From: a virus
Lineage: Duplodnaviria > Caudoviricetes
Direction: 5' to 3' (one strand)
Virus record (IMG/VR): IMGVR_UViG_3300025570_002181
Coordinates: 1 to 28,002 of that record
Length of the DNA: 28,002 bases
Each line of letters starts with the position of its first letter. Position 1 is the first letter of the stretch. The translations under genes and the position numbers were made by a program. The notes below the pieces were generated by a model. It ran no database searches. It had not been told where the DNA came from and saw only the letters and a list, made by a program, of their open reading frames with translations. Shown here one piece after another: positions 10,174 through 18,795 of this stretch.

Positions 10174-10679
10174 TGTTCTAATTCTTCTTTAGTAAAAAAT
10201 TGTTTGAGGTCTGGGCGGTAGTAGTTAATGTTTTTCATAACCTTAAAGTCCCTCGAGCGGTAAACAATATACCTATCACCAACGCTTTCATAGTGACAGG
10301 CTTCACCTTGCTCTTCGGATCTTTTTTCAACTGTTGCTTGTGCTTCTTCTTCAGTCGAACAAGCCTTCGATAAGTTAGAGCCTTGTACTTCTTGATAGGC
10401 TGGCCAAATTTTATCCTTAAGACCATGTAGCATAGTGCCGTTCCCCAACGAAACGTAAGCAATGTCACACAAAGCGTCCAAAACCTCAACGATGTCACCT
10501 CGCTCACATGCTTCTCTATACTCCTCAAGTTCTTCCAGTACGAAGTTGTATACGAATTCCCATTCTTTTTGTTCCGGTATTGTTGGCTCATAATTATTAA
10601 TTTTTCCCATTAATGAATTAAATTCCTCAACTTCATCCACAAATGGAATGTCTTTAAATAATACTAATTGTTTTCCCAT
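10170..10679 (-). CDS. MazG-like (all-alpha) NTP pyrophosphohydrolase
   Basis: EELEEY...EVLDALCDIAYV metal motif, EVQGSNLSK, KVMK; resembles DR2231/PRA-PH-like dUTPases. Confidence 0.88.
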   Translation of the reverse strand: MGKQLVLFKDIPFVDEVEEFNSLMGKINNYEPTIPEQKEWEFVYNFVLEELEEYREACERGDIVEVLDALCDIAYVSLGNGTMLHGLKDKIWPAYQEVQGSNLSKACSTEEEAQATVEKRSEEQGEACHYESVGDRYIVYRSRDFKVMKNINYYRPDLKQFFTKEELEQ

Positions 10680-10684
10680 AATTA

Positions 10685-11380
10685 TTAAATGTTATGTCCT
10701 CCGTTATTAATTTTTAAACTGTCAAAAAACTCTTTACGAGCTAGGTTATTATTTTCTCTAAACACACCTGATGCTTTAGTAGTAATCATTGCTGCTCCTT
10801 GATGTTTAACACCACGGCATGAAACACAGTTGTGAGTCCCTACAATAGTAACAATAACACCTTTATTACCTTCAGTAATTTTATCTACAGCATTGTGGAT
10901 AGCAGATGTTAGTTGTTCTTGAATTGCTCCTCTACGACCAAATAATTCTACAATTCGGTTTAGTTTAGATAATCCAATTACCTGACCATCATCCCCGGCA
11001 ATATAACCAATATGAACTACACCCCCAATTGTTTGGTGGTGATGAGAACACATAGATGTAAGTGGGATATTCCTTTCAATAATAATACCATCATAACCAT
11101 CACTTGGAAATGAAGTAATAGGAGACATTGCTGTATAACGTCCTGCCCATAGATCATTTACATATGCCTTGGCTACACGACGGGGTGTTTCCATTGAATT
11201 AGGATCGTTTCTCCAATCACATTTTAAAGCATCTAGGAATTTACCATATGCCTTTTCGGCTTCCATTATCATTTTTTCTTTTTGCTTGTCTGAGAAGGGG
11301 AAGCCTTCAGCAACGCCATTCGCAAATCCTACTTGTACCACTTCTAATTCTTCGTGGATTTTACGTCGTTTATTCTCCAT
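10685..11380 (-). CDS. folE: GTP cyclohydrolase I
   Basis: ETPRRVAK, SMCSHH, GLSKLNR, IQEQLT, HNCVSCRGV. Confidence 0.97.
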   Translation of the reverse strand: MENKRRKIHEELEVVQVGFANGVAEGFPFSDKQKEKMIMEAEKAYGKFLDALKCDWRNDPNSMETPRRVAKAYVNDLWAGRYTAMSPITSFPSDGYDGIIIERNIPLTSMCSHHHQTIGGVVHIGYIAGDDGQVIGLSKLNRIVELFGRRGAIQEQLTSAIHNAVDKITEGNKGVIVTIVGTHNCVSCRGVKHQGAAMITTKASGVFRENNNLARKEFFDSLKINNGGHNI

Positions 11381-11893
11381 TTATACTGTGTATATTGTAC
11401 TTAAATTTCTATTGTGTCCATGTTCATCATCCATACCATATCCAATATACCAAGGGTCAAATACAGAATCAGTTTCTTGCTTCAAGATATGAAGTACTTT
11501 ATCAAAGTCCAAGCTTTCTTTATAAATTGCTGCGACAGGGGTAATTGATCTTGGTTCTTTTACTTGGAGAAATTTAGAAACAGCTTTCATAGTATTACCT
11601 GAATCTAAAATATCGTCTACAAGATAGACGTGTTTATTTTTAATTTTAGTTTCTAAGTCTTTAGTAACTACTAAATCACCTTGTTTTTTTCCATAGTATG
11701 ATTTACAACGGATAAAATCAATTTCAATAGGTACGTTGATTTGTTTTACTAAATCGCTAAAGAACATGAATCCACCATTTAAGATGCAAACTAATACTAT
11801 AGGTGTAGAATCATCTCGATGTTCATCGTTGATTTTTTTAGCTAGAATTTTAATTTGAATATCTAGCTCTTTTTCACTTATTGCTTTTTCCAT
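11381..11893 (-). CDS. hpt: Hypoxanthine/guanine phosphoribosyltransferase
   Basis: ILNGGFMFFSDL, KSY flexible loop, PRPP motif VYLVDDILDSGNT, IGYGMD...RNL. Confidence 0.92.
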   Translation of the reverse strand: MEKAISEKELDIQIKILAKKINDEHRDDSTPIVLVCILNGGFMFFSDLVKQINVPIEIDFIRCKSYYGKKQGDLVVTKDLETKIKNKHVYLVDDILDSGNTMKAVSKFLQVKEPRSITPVAAIYKESLDFDKVLHILKQETDSVFDPWYIGYGMDDEHGHNRNLSTIYTV

Positions 11894-11897
11894 AATG

Positions 11898-11930
11898 TAA
11901 ATATAAAAAAATTAGAGGGCTGCTCCCAAT
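11898..11930 (-). promoter_or_regulatory. Promoter ATTG-N21-TATATTTA, 4 nt upstream of the hpt ATG
   Basis: Minus strand ...TATATTTA CATT ATG; overlaps the upstream terminator. Confidence 0.6.
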
Positions 11931-11947
11931 TAAGGGAACAGCCTTCC
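11905..11947 (-). terminator. Intrinsic terminator after the TonB receptor gene
   Basis: GGAAGGCTGTTCCC-TTAATT-GGGAGCAGCCCTCT followed by AA and T7 on the minus strand. Confidence 0.8.
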
Positions 11948-11968
11948 AAAATTTATTTTTTAATTTCT

Positions 11969-14512
11969 TTAGAAATTAAGTTTTAAACTAGCATTAAATG
12001 TACGACCCCATCCTGGGAATCCGTCTCTTAAGCCTGTTCCATCACTGTTATTACGGCCTTCAGCCCAATAGAAAGTATCAAGAACATTATAACACTGAAC
12101 TTGTGCGTATGAGTCTAAGCCTAATACTTTAAATTTAGCACCTACTCTTAAGTCGAGTAATCCATAAGCATCCATTTCATAAGGTTGGATTTTATCTTCA
12201 ACAGTTTCATTACTTGTTGGGTCATAGTTAGCATACAATTTATCATTGTAAACAAACTGACCACCAAAGTCAAATGTTCTGTTAATTTGGTATCGAGCTT
12301 TAAATCCTAATTGTGTTTGAGGTGCGTTACCCACATACAAACCATCTGTAAATACCTGCACAGTATCAATTGATTGATCAATGTCAGATTGTAATGTAGC
12401 AAATACATCACCTTCCCATTTCCAATCGCCTAATGACACTATACCACCCAAATCTAACTTATCAGTGGGTTTTGTATTAAATTCAACTTCAATACCTTTA
12501 TGTAAAGCACCCTGACCATTAATCAAAGCACGTGTAGTACCACCGTCAGCGGTAGGGATACGGCCTGAAAGTAATGTTTTGTCTTTCCATTGAGTGTAAT
12601 AAGCATTTACTTTAGTAGATACTTTTCTACCACTATAACCATAACCACCTTCGAATGCAAGAGCTTTCTCATTTACTACGTTATCAGAAATAACATTTTG
12701 GTAGTTTTGGAATAAAAATCCAAAGAATGGAGCACGTGAGTAGAAACCTGTATTAAAAAATACATTGTTTTTCTCATTGATGTTATAGTTAGCACCTGCT
12801 TTAACATTGTATCCTAAAATAGCAACGGTTTCAGATGTTTGGTCTGCTTCGTCAGCATAATTATATCTATCAATACGAGTATTCCAAGTATTAGAAACAC
12901 TACCTGCAAGGAACGCACTTAAGTTATCCTTAGAATATTCGGCTTGACCGAATACTCCTGTATATCCTACTTTACCATCGTTGTCATAAGCAATTCTGTT
13001 AGCAAAGTCTGAACGTCCCGCCCAAAGTGAAGTTGAATTTTCATCAATTCCAATTTGTTGGTTACGTCCTGCTACTCCATCAACTGCATATTTGTACTCT
13101 TCAAACCAGTAATCACCACCCATTAAGTCTCTAACTTCACGGAAGTGTTCACCTTTATATTTACGTCCATCAATACCAAATGTAAAATCTAAGTTTTCAT
13201 TAGGTTGATGTCTTACAGTAGATAGTACACCTACCCAGTTATGGTTATTAACTGAGTTTCTGAGGATTGTATATGATCCTACAGTTGAGGTATCATTAGC
13301 TGCTGCAGCAGCATCCCAATCAATTTGACCATTTTCATCAGTTGGAGCATATTCTCCTAAAGGACCACTACCTCCACCTTTACCTACAGAAACGTAAGCT
13401 GAGGTTGCTACTTGGGTTTTCTCATTAACATCCCAATAATGGTTTAAAGCAAATTGTGGTTTATGATAATAGTTATTACGCTGATTAAGCATCTCACCAT
13501 TATAATATCCCCAGTCTTTGTTGTATGTGCTACCATATTCTTCTACTTCTCCAGGAGTTAACATTCGATCACGTTGCCCGTGTTCTTGAGGTGCTCCAAT
13601 AGCAGTAAAAGTAAGCATATGATCTTCATTTAAATCCTTAGCATATGAAAGGAAGTATGAATTGGCTCTTACATAAGTACCATCTACATACCCATCACCA
13701 TTAGTGTTAGAAACAACAGCAGTAACTGCTGCTCCGTCTTTCATTTTACCTGTTGAATAAGATAAGGTATTTTTTAATTGTCCGTAGCTAGAATATTGTG
13801 ACTGGAAACTTCCGCCTTTCTGAGCATCAGTTGTTTTAGTAACAATGTTCATAGTACCTCCAATAGAGTTAATAGCAAGTTTAGAAGCACCTAGACCTCT
13901 TTGAACTTGTACTTGTGAAACAGCATCGCCCAAACCATTCCAGTTAGACCAATATACCCAACCTGATTCCATATCGTTAACAGGGATACCGTTAATCAAT
14001 ACTGCAATGTTGCGTTGGTCAAATCCTCGAATGTTAATACGAGCATCACCTACTCCACCACCTTGTTTAGTAGCGTAAACGCCAGGGGTGACTTTTAATA
14101 ATTCTGGAAATTCCTGTGTACCAATGTATTCGGCAACTTCTGTTGCACTAATAGTTGATACCGCAACAGGAGTTTTCCTATCTACAGCAACGTTAGCAAT
14201 AACAGATACTTCTTCTAAACCTAAAGCAGTAGAGACAAGAGCAATTACGCCCATATCTGCAGCAGCTGGTAAGGTTAAGGATTCGTATCCTATAAAACTA
14301 ACCACCAAGTTTCCACTTGGTGTATTGGATAATTCAAAGGTTCCATCAAGGTTAGTTGAGGTTCCTCTAGAATTACCTTCTAAATAAATACTTGCTCCTA
14401 CAAGTTCATTGCCTGTAGAAGCGTCTGTTACTTTACCTGTAATTTGGGCAAAGGATAGCGAGGACATTGTACACAATACCGTCACTAATACAAATTTTAA
14501 CATTTGTCTCAT
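11969..14512 (-). CDS. TonB-dependent outer-membrane receptor with CarboxypepD_reg-like N-domain
   Basis: Signal peptide ending FA-Q, ITGKVTDA...LVGASI...TNLDGTF, LEEVSV, plug INIRGF...VLINGIP...IGGTMNIVTK, amphipathic barrel strands, terminal GRTFNASLKLNF. Confidence 0.95.
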   Translation of the reverse strand: MRQMLKFVLVTVLCTMSSLSFAQITGKVTDASTGNELVGASIYLEGNSRGTSTNLDGTFELSNTPSGNLVVSFIGYESLTLPAAADMGVIALVSTALGLEEVSVIANVAVDRKTPVAVSTISATEVAEYIGTQEFPELLKVTPGVYATKQGGGVGDARINIRGFDQRNIAVLINGIPVNDMESGWVYWSNWNGLGDAVSQVQVQRGLGASKLAINSIGGTMNIVTKTTDAQKGGSFQSQYSSYGQLKNTLSYSTGKMKDGAAVTAVVSNTNGDGYVDGTYVRANSYFLSYAKDLNEDHMLTFTAIGAPQEHGQRDRMLTPGEVEEYGSTYNKDWGYYNGEMLNQRNNYYHKPQFALNHYWDVNEKTQVATSAYVSVGKGGGSGPLGEYAPTDENGQIDWDAAAAANDTSTVGSYTILRNSVNNHNWVGVLSTVRHQPNENLDFTFGIDGRKYKGEHFREVRDLMGGDYWFEEYKYAVDGVAGRNQQIGIDENSTSLWAGRSDFANRIAYDNDGKVGYTGVFGQAEYSKDNLSAFLAGSVSNTWNTRIDRYNYADEADQTSETVAILGYNVKAGANYNINEKNNVFFNTGFYSRAPFFGFLFQNYQNVISDNVVNEKALAFEGGYGYSGRKVSTKVNAYYTQWKDKTLLSGRIPTADGGTTRALINGQGALHKGIEVEFNTKPTDKLDLGGIVSLGDWKWEGDVFATLQSDIDQSIDTVQVFTDGLYVGNAPQTQLGFKARYQINRTFDFGGQFVYNDKLYANYDPTSNETVEDKIQPYEMDAYGLLDLRVGAKFKVLGLDSYAQVQCYNVLDTFYWAEGRNNSDGTGLRDGFPGWGRTFNASLKLNF

Positions 14513-14552
14513 TGTTTAAAAAAATTTAAGGGGTTTGGTTAATATATAGAGA

Positions 14553-14575
14553 AGGGGAGACTTTTTGTCTCCCCT
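14553..14575 (-). terminator. Probable intrinsic terminator after DUF5675
   Basis: 9-bp stem AGGGGAGAC/GTCTCCCCT with 5-nt loop, followed by a weak U/A tract. Confidence 0.7.
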
Positions 14576-14585
14576 GTTATATTCT

Positions 14586-15080
14586 TTAATCTACCGAGTC
14601 GTAATCGGTGTACGTAATACTGACAATCCCATTATTACTTAATACTTCGGCAATAGGGGGATAGATTCTTTTATAATTATTTGTTGAAGAACCAATAAAT
14701 CCGTCTTTTGTAATTTGGTTATTGTTTTGGGTGTCTCCTACTAATAAACATCCTGATGTATTTTCATCAGTGTTCCCAATATGGATAAGAATATATTCAA
14801 ATCCAGGAACGTCTCTTACCCAGAGCATTCCTTTGTTAAAATCAGAACCAAACCTTTCAGTATAGTCTTGATAAAATCCTCCCTCAGTACGAAGTGTAAC
14901 ATTGTATGTTCCAGCTGGTACTCGGGTTTCTGACATTACTTTTTCCTTTCTATACTCATCTTCAAGAGTATAAGATAGGAATTTACGTTGTCCATTTGTT
15001 ATATCAAACAACAATCCATTTGTTGAGTCGGCTTCACTTGAAAACCTTAAAACTTCTAACTGCATACTGGGTCTATTCAT
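14586..15080 (-). CDS. DUF5675-family protein (HxGN...GC motif; possible cell-wall enzyme)
   Basis: TNGLL, YTLED, RVPAGTY, VPGFEYILIHIGNTDENTSGCLLVG. Start may be ATG 15065. Confidence 0.8.
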   Translation of the reverse strand: MNRPSMQLEVLRFSSEADSTNGLLFDITNGQRKFLSYTLEDEYRKEKVMSETRVPAGTYNVTLRTEGGFYQDYTERFGSDFNKGMLWVRDVPGFEYILIHIGNTDENTSGCLLVGDTQNNNQITKDGFIGSSTNNYKRIYPPIAEVLSNNGIVSITYTDYDSVD

Positions 15081-15714
15081 ATCCTAATGCTTTTGAGATG
15101 ACTGGAAATTCTTGGATAAATATATGCTTTATCTCTTTTGCAACAAGTTGAATTTCCTTTTGAGCATGTCCATCATCTCTTAGTTCAAGAAAGTGAATCC
15201 AAGAACGAATACTTCCTGTCATATGGATTTTGGTAGTAGTAGCTAATGGGAGAACCATACGAGCTTGTTCTCGAGCTACACCCGCCTCTAAAAGATCATT
15301 ATAAAGTTTATGACATCTTTCAAAGTGTATTTCAATATTCTTGTTTGCAAATACTCCATTTGGGAGAAGAGGATTAATTACTTCTGTTGAACTTTGTCTA
15401 TTGTCTTCACACTGTTCCCGTAATTCAATGGGTTCGAAGATATCCCCCAAACGATTAACATCTTGATATCGTTGACTAAATTCTTGGAAAGCGAAAGAAC
15501 GGTGTCTGATGAGTTGGATACCGATTGCTTTGGAAGTTTCAATTTCGAAGGTCGCATGCCCATGCTCCAACGGGCTCCAGTGTTTGTGTTGTACCAAGTA
15601 GCGAAGAAGGCCTTCCGGTTTATCTTTCTTATTCTTACGTGAACTAGATACACGTGCCACCTCAACAATGTGGTCTTCAGCATTTGGTGTAACATTTAAT
15701 AAGGTAACTTTCAT
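15073..15714 (-). CDS. thyX: Flavin-dependent thymidylate synthase
   Basis: HWSPLEH, RHRSFAFQEFSQRY (RHRx7SxR), EQARMVLP, RSWIHF, HAQKEI. Confidence 0.97.
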   Translation of the reverse strand: MKVTLLNVTPNAEDHIVEVARVSSSRKNKKDKPEGLLRYLVQHKHWSPLEHGHATFEIETSKAIGIQLIRHRSFAFQEFSQRYQDVNRLGDIFEPIELREQCEDNRQSSTEVINPLLPNGVFANKNIEIHFERCHKLYNDLLEAGVAREQARMVLPLATTTKIHMTGSIRSWIHFLELRDDGHAQKEIQLVAKEIKHIFIQEFPVISKALGYE

Positions 15715-15734
15715 TTGATTTTATAAAATTTAGA

Positions 15735-15766
15735 TAAATATATGACCCATCTATTAAGATGCCAAG
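15735..15766 (-). promoter_or_regulatory. Promoter CTTG-N20-TATATTTA upstream of thyX
   Basis: Same spacing as the other copies. Confidence 0.7.
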
Positions 15767-15767
15767 T

Positions 15768-17264
15768 TTATCTAAAAATTGTTATATATCCTGAAGTTTG
15801 GAATGTATGGGAAGGGTTGTATCCTTTACCTTTAACGGTATAAACGTAAATTCCATCAGCTACATAATGACTTCCATTAGAATTAGAACCCTCCCAGACT
15901 TCCCCTATAATATTAGATTCCCAAACTAGTCTCCCCCATCTATCAAAAATTAAAACTTGAAATTCAATCCAACATTCAGAATCTGTTACTATAGACCAAC
16001 CATCATTTAACCCATCATTATTAGGGGTAAACACATTAGGTGCAAAATATAAACCATCACAAGAATCATAAACGCAACTGCCATCTTCTAGGGTTGCTGA
16101 GGGGTTATAATTAATAGCTTGAAGATCTGTACATCCTGCTAAGTAAATAACACACGAACCATCGTCCACAGTAGCGAGTGGGTTATAATTTGAGGCAATT
16201 GGATTAGTACACCCAAATATAGTAAATTCACAAGAACCGTCATCAATATTGGCGAACGGGTTATAATTGATCGCACTATTGTCAGTGCAACCCAGCACAT
16301 CATAAAGGCAACTTTCATCATCGATATTAGCTTCGGGGTTATAATTGTTAGCATCAACATCAGTACAACCATAAATATCAGGGCATAAGTTAATTAGTTC
16401 TATTACTTGATGGGGTAATACATCATTTATATTTTGACCCGTATTATTTAAGTTATAAAGGGTTAAGGTAAGTTCACAATAATCCCCATTATTAATCTCT
16501 TCTAAAAGGGGTTCTAAAATTATACTTAAAATACCATTGCTTAAGTCTAATATAATAGGATTATCAGATTCATAAATTTGTTGCCCTCCTATATTAACGT
16601 TTATATTTCCTACATCTGTAGCAAAAGTTAAGGTAAACCCAAAAACATAGGGGTTATCATAAGGGTATTGGTTATACCAAGCGGAATTTATTATATTAGG
16701 ACAGTAGGTTGAATGTGGGATTATAGTTAATTCTTCGGTTTCTAAATTAAAATCTATTAATTCTATTTCACAAACATCATTACAAAAATTATCTCCGTCT
16801 GGGTTGTCACATCCATCACTTAAAACTTCAGTCCAAAGTGTACCATCCTCATTAAAAATCCATTGATAACAATCCGTGCTATAGATAGGTACTAAGGCAA
16901 GTTTAAAGGATATATACTCACTCCCAGTCCACCCTGCGTAAGGTGTCCAATTCCCCGGAACATTTTCAGGTAGAGGAATATCAAATACTGGGGTTGATAT
17001 AAATCTACTTTGTCCTGGGAGGATAGGTATAGGATTTAAATTAAAGTCCCATATAGGACCTGATATGAATCCTGATAGAGCCCAATCCATGTATAAGGGT
17101 CCCCCAGAATATGGAATTATATCATCATTTTGAATTTCAAATGCAAAGGAAATACCAGGGTTATGATCAATTACTTGGATTGATCCGGGAGTTATGTATA
17201 CATCACATTGCCCCCATCCAGTATAGCTAGTTACTAATAATAGTAGTAATAAGAGTTTTTTCAT
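15768..17264 (-). CDS. Secreted protein with Cys-repeat stalk and T9SS type-B (gliding-motility-associated, CHU_C) C-terminal domain
   Basis: Signal peptide MKKLLLLLLL...WG-Q; C-terminus FAPNVFTPNNDGLND...IFDRWGRLVWE...WEG...GIYVY...GYITIFR. Confidence 0.9.
   Translation of the reverse strand: MKKLLLLLLLVTSYTGWGQCDVYITPGSIQVIDHNPGISFAFEIQNDDIIPYSGGPLYMDWALSGFISGPIWDFNLNPIPILPGQSRFISTPVFDIPLPENVPGNWTPYAGWTGSEYISFKLALVPIYSTDCYQWIFNEDGTLWTEVLSDGCDNPDGDNFCNDVCEIELIDFNLETEELTIIPHSTYCPNIINSAWYNQYPYDNPYVFGFTLTFATDVGNINVNIGGQQIYESDNPIILDLSNGILSIILEPLLEEINNGDYCELTLTLYNLNNTGQNINDVLPHQVIELINLCPDIYGCTDVDANNYNPEANIDDESCLYDVLGCTDNSAINYNPFANIDDGSCEFTIFGCTNPIASNYNPLATVDDGSCVIYLAGCTDLQAINYNPSATLEDGSCVYDSCDGLYFAPNVFTPNNDGLNDGWSIVTDSECWIEFQVLIFDRWGRLVWESNIIGEVWEGSNSNGSHYVADGIYVYTVKGKGYNPSHTFQTSGYITIFR
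16062..16373 (-). repeat. Four 78-nt (26-aa) degenerate repeats GCTDxxAxNYNPxAxxDDGSC
   Basis: Visible in translation of the T9SS cargo gene. Confidence 0.92.
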
Positions 17265-17318
17265 GGGTTTTATTTTAAAAGTGAACCTTTAAATATAACC
17301 ATTACATCTATAAATATT

Positions 17319-17344
17319 AAAAAGGGGCACATTCCTGTGCCCCT
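17319..17344 (-). terminator. Intrinsic terminator after the HNH gene / que operon
   Basis: AGGGGCACA-GGAA-TGTGCCCCT followed by a T run on the minus strand; GNRA loop. Confidence 0.85.
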
Positions 17345-17964
17345 CAATTATTATGTTTTCTGCTATTGTTTATTCTTTTAGTCCACTTTAAATTAGAAGG
17401 GGAAGTAGATTCGTCCGGAGATAACCCATTTTGAAAGCATTTAGAACGAGGTACAACGTGATCTAACGTAGGATAATTTCTATGGCTGTAATGTAAATTT
17501 AAATTTTCCTTAATGTATTCCCCATCTATGTAATCATACCCATCCCATTCTTGGAGCATTTGTTTGCGAATTTTACGAGTTAAGTAATCACAACGTTTCC
17601 AATATTGTTTCCAATCATGCTGGGTTATTATGTTTCCGTTTTTGGTTCTTGTTTGGATACTTTTTTTCCAGGATTCCTCAGTCCAACTTTTTCTCATATG
17701 AGCTGCCCTTTGAGCTCTTTCTTCGCTTTGGTTTTCTTTAATCCATTCACCTTGACATTTGTTAGAACAAAAAATATTTTCACAATCCTTATTATAACCA
17801 TTAGGGTATACTCTAACATCACTGCTACACTGTCCACATTGTCTAAAAGTATATTTACTTTTAAGTTTTTCTAATTTGCAGTCCCTACTGCAATATTTTT
17901 TGTAGGGACTGCTTGAAATAAAATCTACACTACAATTCTCACAAGTTCTTTTATACTTATTCAT
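17344..17964 (-). CDS. HNH homing endonuclease with N-terminal zinc-ribbon repeats
   Basis: CxxC...YCSxxC pattern twice; LDHVVPRS...SNL...NSRKH. Confidence 0.8.
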   Translation of the reverse strand: MNKYKRTCENCSVDFISSSPYKKYCSRDCKLEKLKSKYTFRQCGQCSSDVRVYPNGYNKDCENIFCSNKCQGEWIKENQSEERAQRAAHMRKSWTEESWKKSIQTRTKNGNIITQHDWKQYWKRCDYLTRKIRKQMLQEWDGYDYIDGEYIKENLNLHYSHRNYPTLDHVVPRSKCFQNGLSPDESTSPSNLKWTKRINNSRKHNN

Positions 17965-18018
17965 AATATTAATTTTATTATAAATATGTAAAAAATACCT
18001 TCTATTGAGTGTTATAGG

Positions 18019-18795
18019 CTAAACCATGCGCTTTTGATCGTATGCAATTATATGATCTCTCCCCGTCATGTTATAACCATGTTCAGCACATAGTTCAAAT
18101 ACAAGAGGATACATTTTAATAAGCTGTTCCCTTGTATCGCCTCCGGGCATTACAAATGTTTTATCTTTTGGGATATTCATTTTAACTCTAAATGATTCAA
18201 TCTCAGCTAGGCCTTCATCAGTACCATCCCAAACAGGTTTGTAGTGATAGTCATCGTGGTACTCTAGTGTTTTTTCAATCGCATCATAATTAAGTCTAAA
18301 CTTTTCATGCTGTGCGACAAACCTTTCATCCACCACTTTACCCCCTGGTGTAGTAGTACCAACAACAGGGCGGGAATTAGAAAACTTAGGACTAAGAGAT
18401 ATGAGACCAATTGGATAATCGGTTGTAACAAAATGCGATCCCTCAGTTTCGATTGTGATAAGTATTCCTCGTTCATTTGCAAAATGTGTTAATTCATTTA
18501 CCAATGCAGCGTGCATTGTTGGTGAGCCTCCAGTTAACATCATCTCTTTAACATGAGGGTTCTCATCATAAATATTGATTATGTCATTGAAGGTGAATGT
18601 TCCTTTTTCGGGGTGGATTGACGTGTAGAATGAGTCACACCACCCTCCTTCACCAAACCAACATCGGTGGGTGCATCCTGTGGTACGGACTGCAATAGTA
18701 GGACGTCCAAAACGACTACCCTCTGATTGGACACATCTGTATACTTCTACAATTGGAAGTACTTTATTATAATCTTCTATTCTTTTATTTGGCAT
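18019..18795 (-). CDS. queE: 7-carboxy-7-deazaguanine synthase (radical SAM)
   Basis: VQSEG, RTTGC...CDS, LTGGSP, IETEG, SLSPK; clustered with queD and queC. Confidence 0.92.
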   Translation of the reverse strand: MPNKRIEDYNKVLPIVEVYRCVQSEGSRFGRPTIAVRTTGCTHRCWFGEGGWCDSFYTSIHPEKGTFTFNDIINIYDENPHVKEMMLTGGSPTMHAALVNELTHFANERGILITIETEGSHFVTTDYPIGLISLSPKFSNSRPVVGTTTPGGKVVDERFVAQHEKFRLNYDAIEKTLEYHDDYHYKPVWDGTDEGLAEIESFRVKMNIPKDKTFVMPGGDTREQLIKMYPLVFELCAEHGYNMTGRDHIIAYDQKRMV

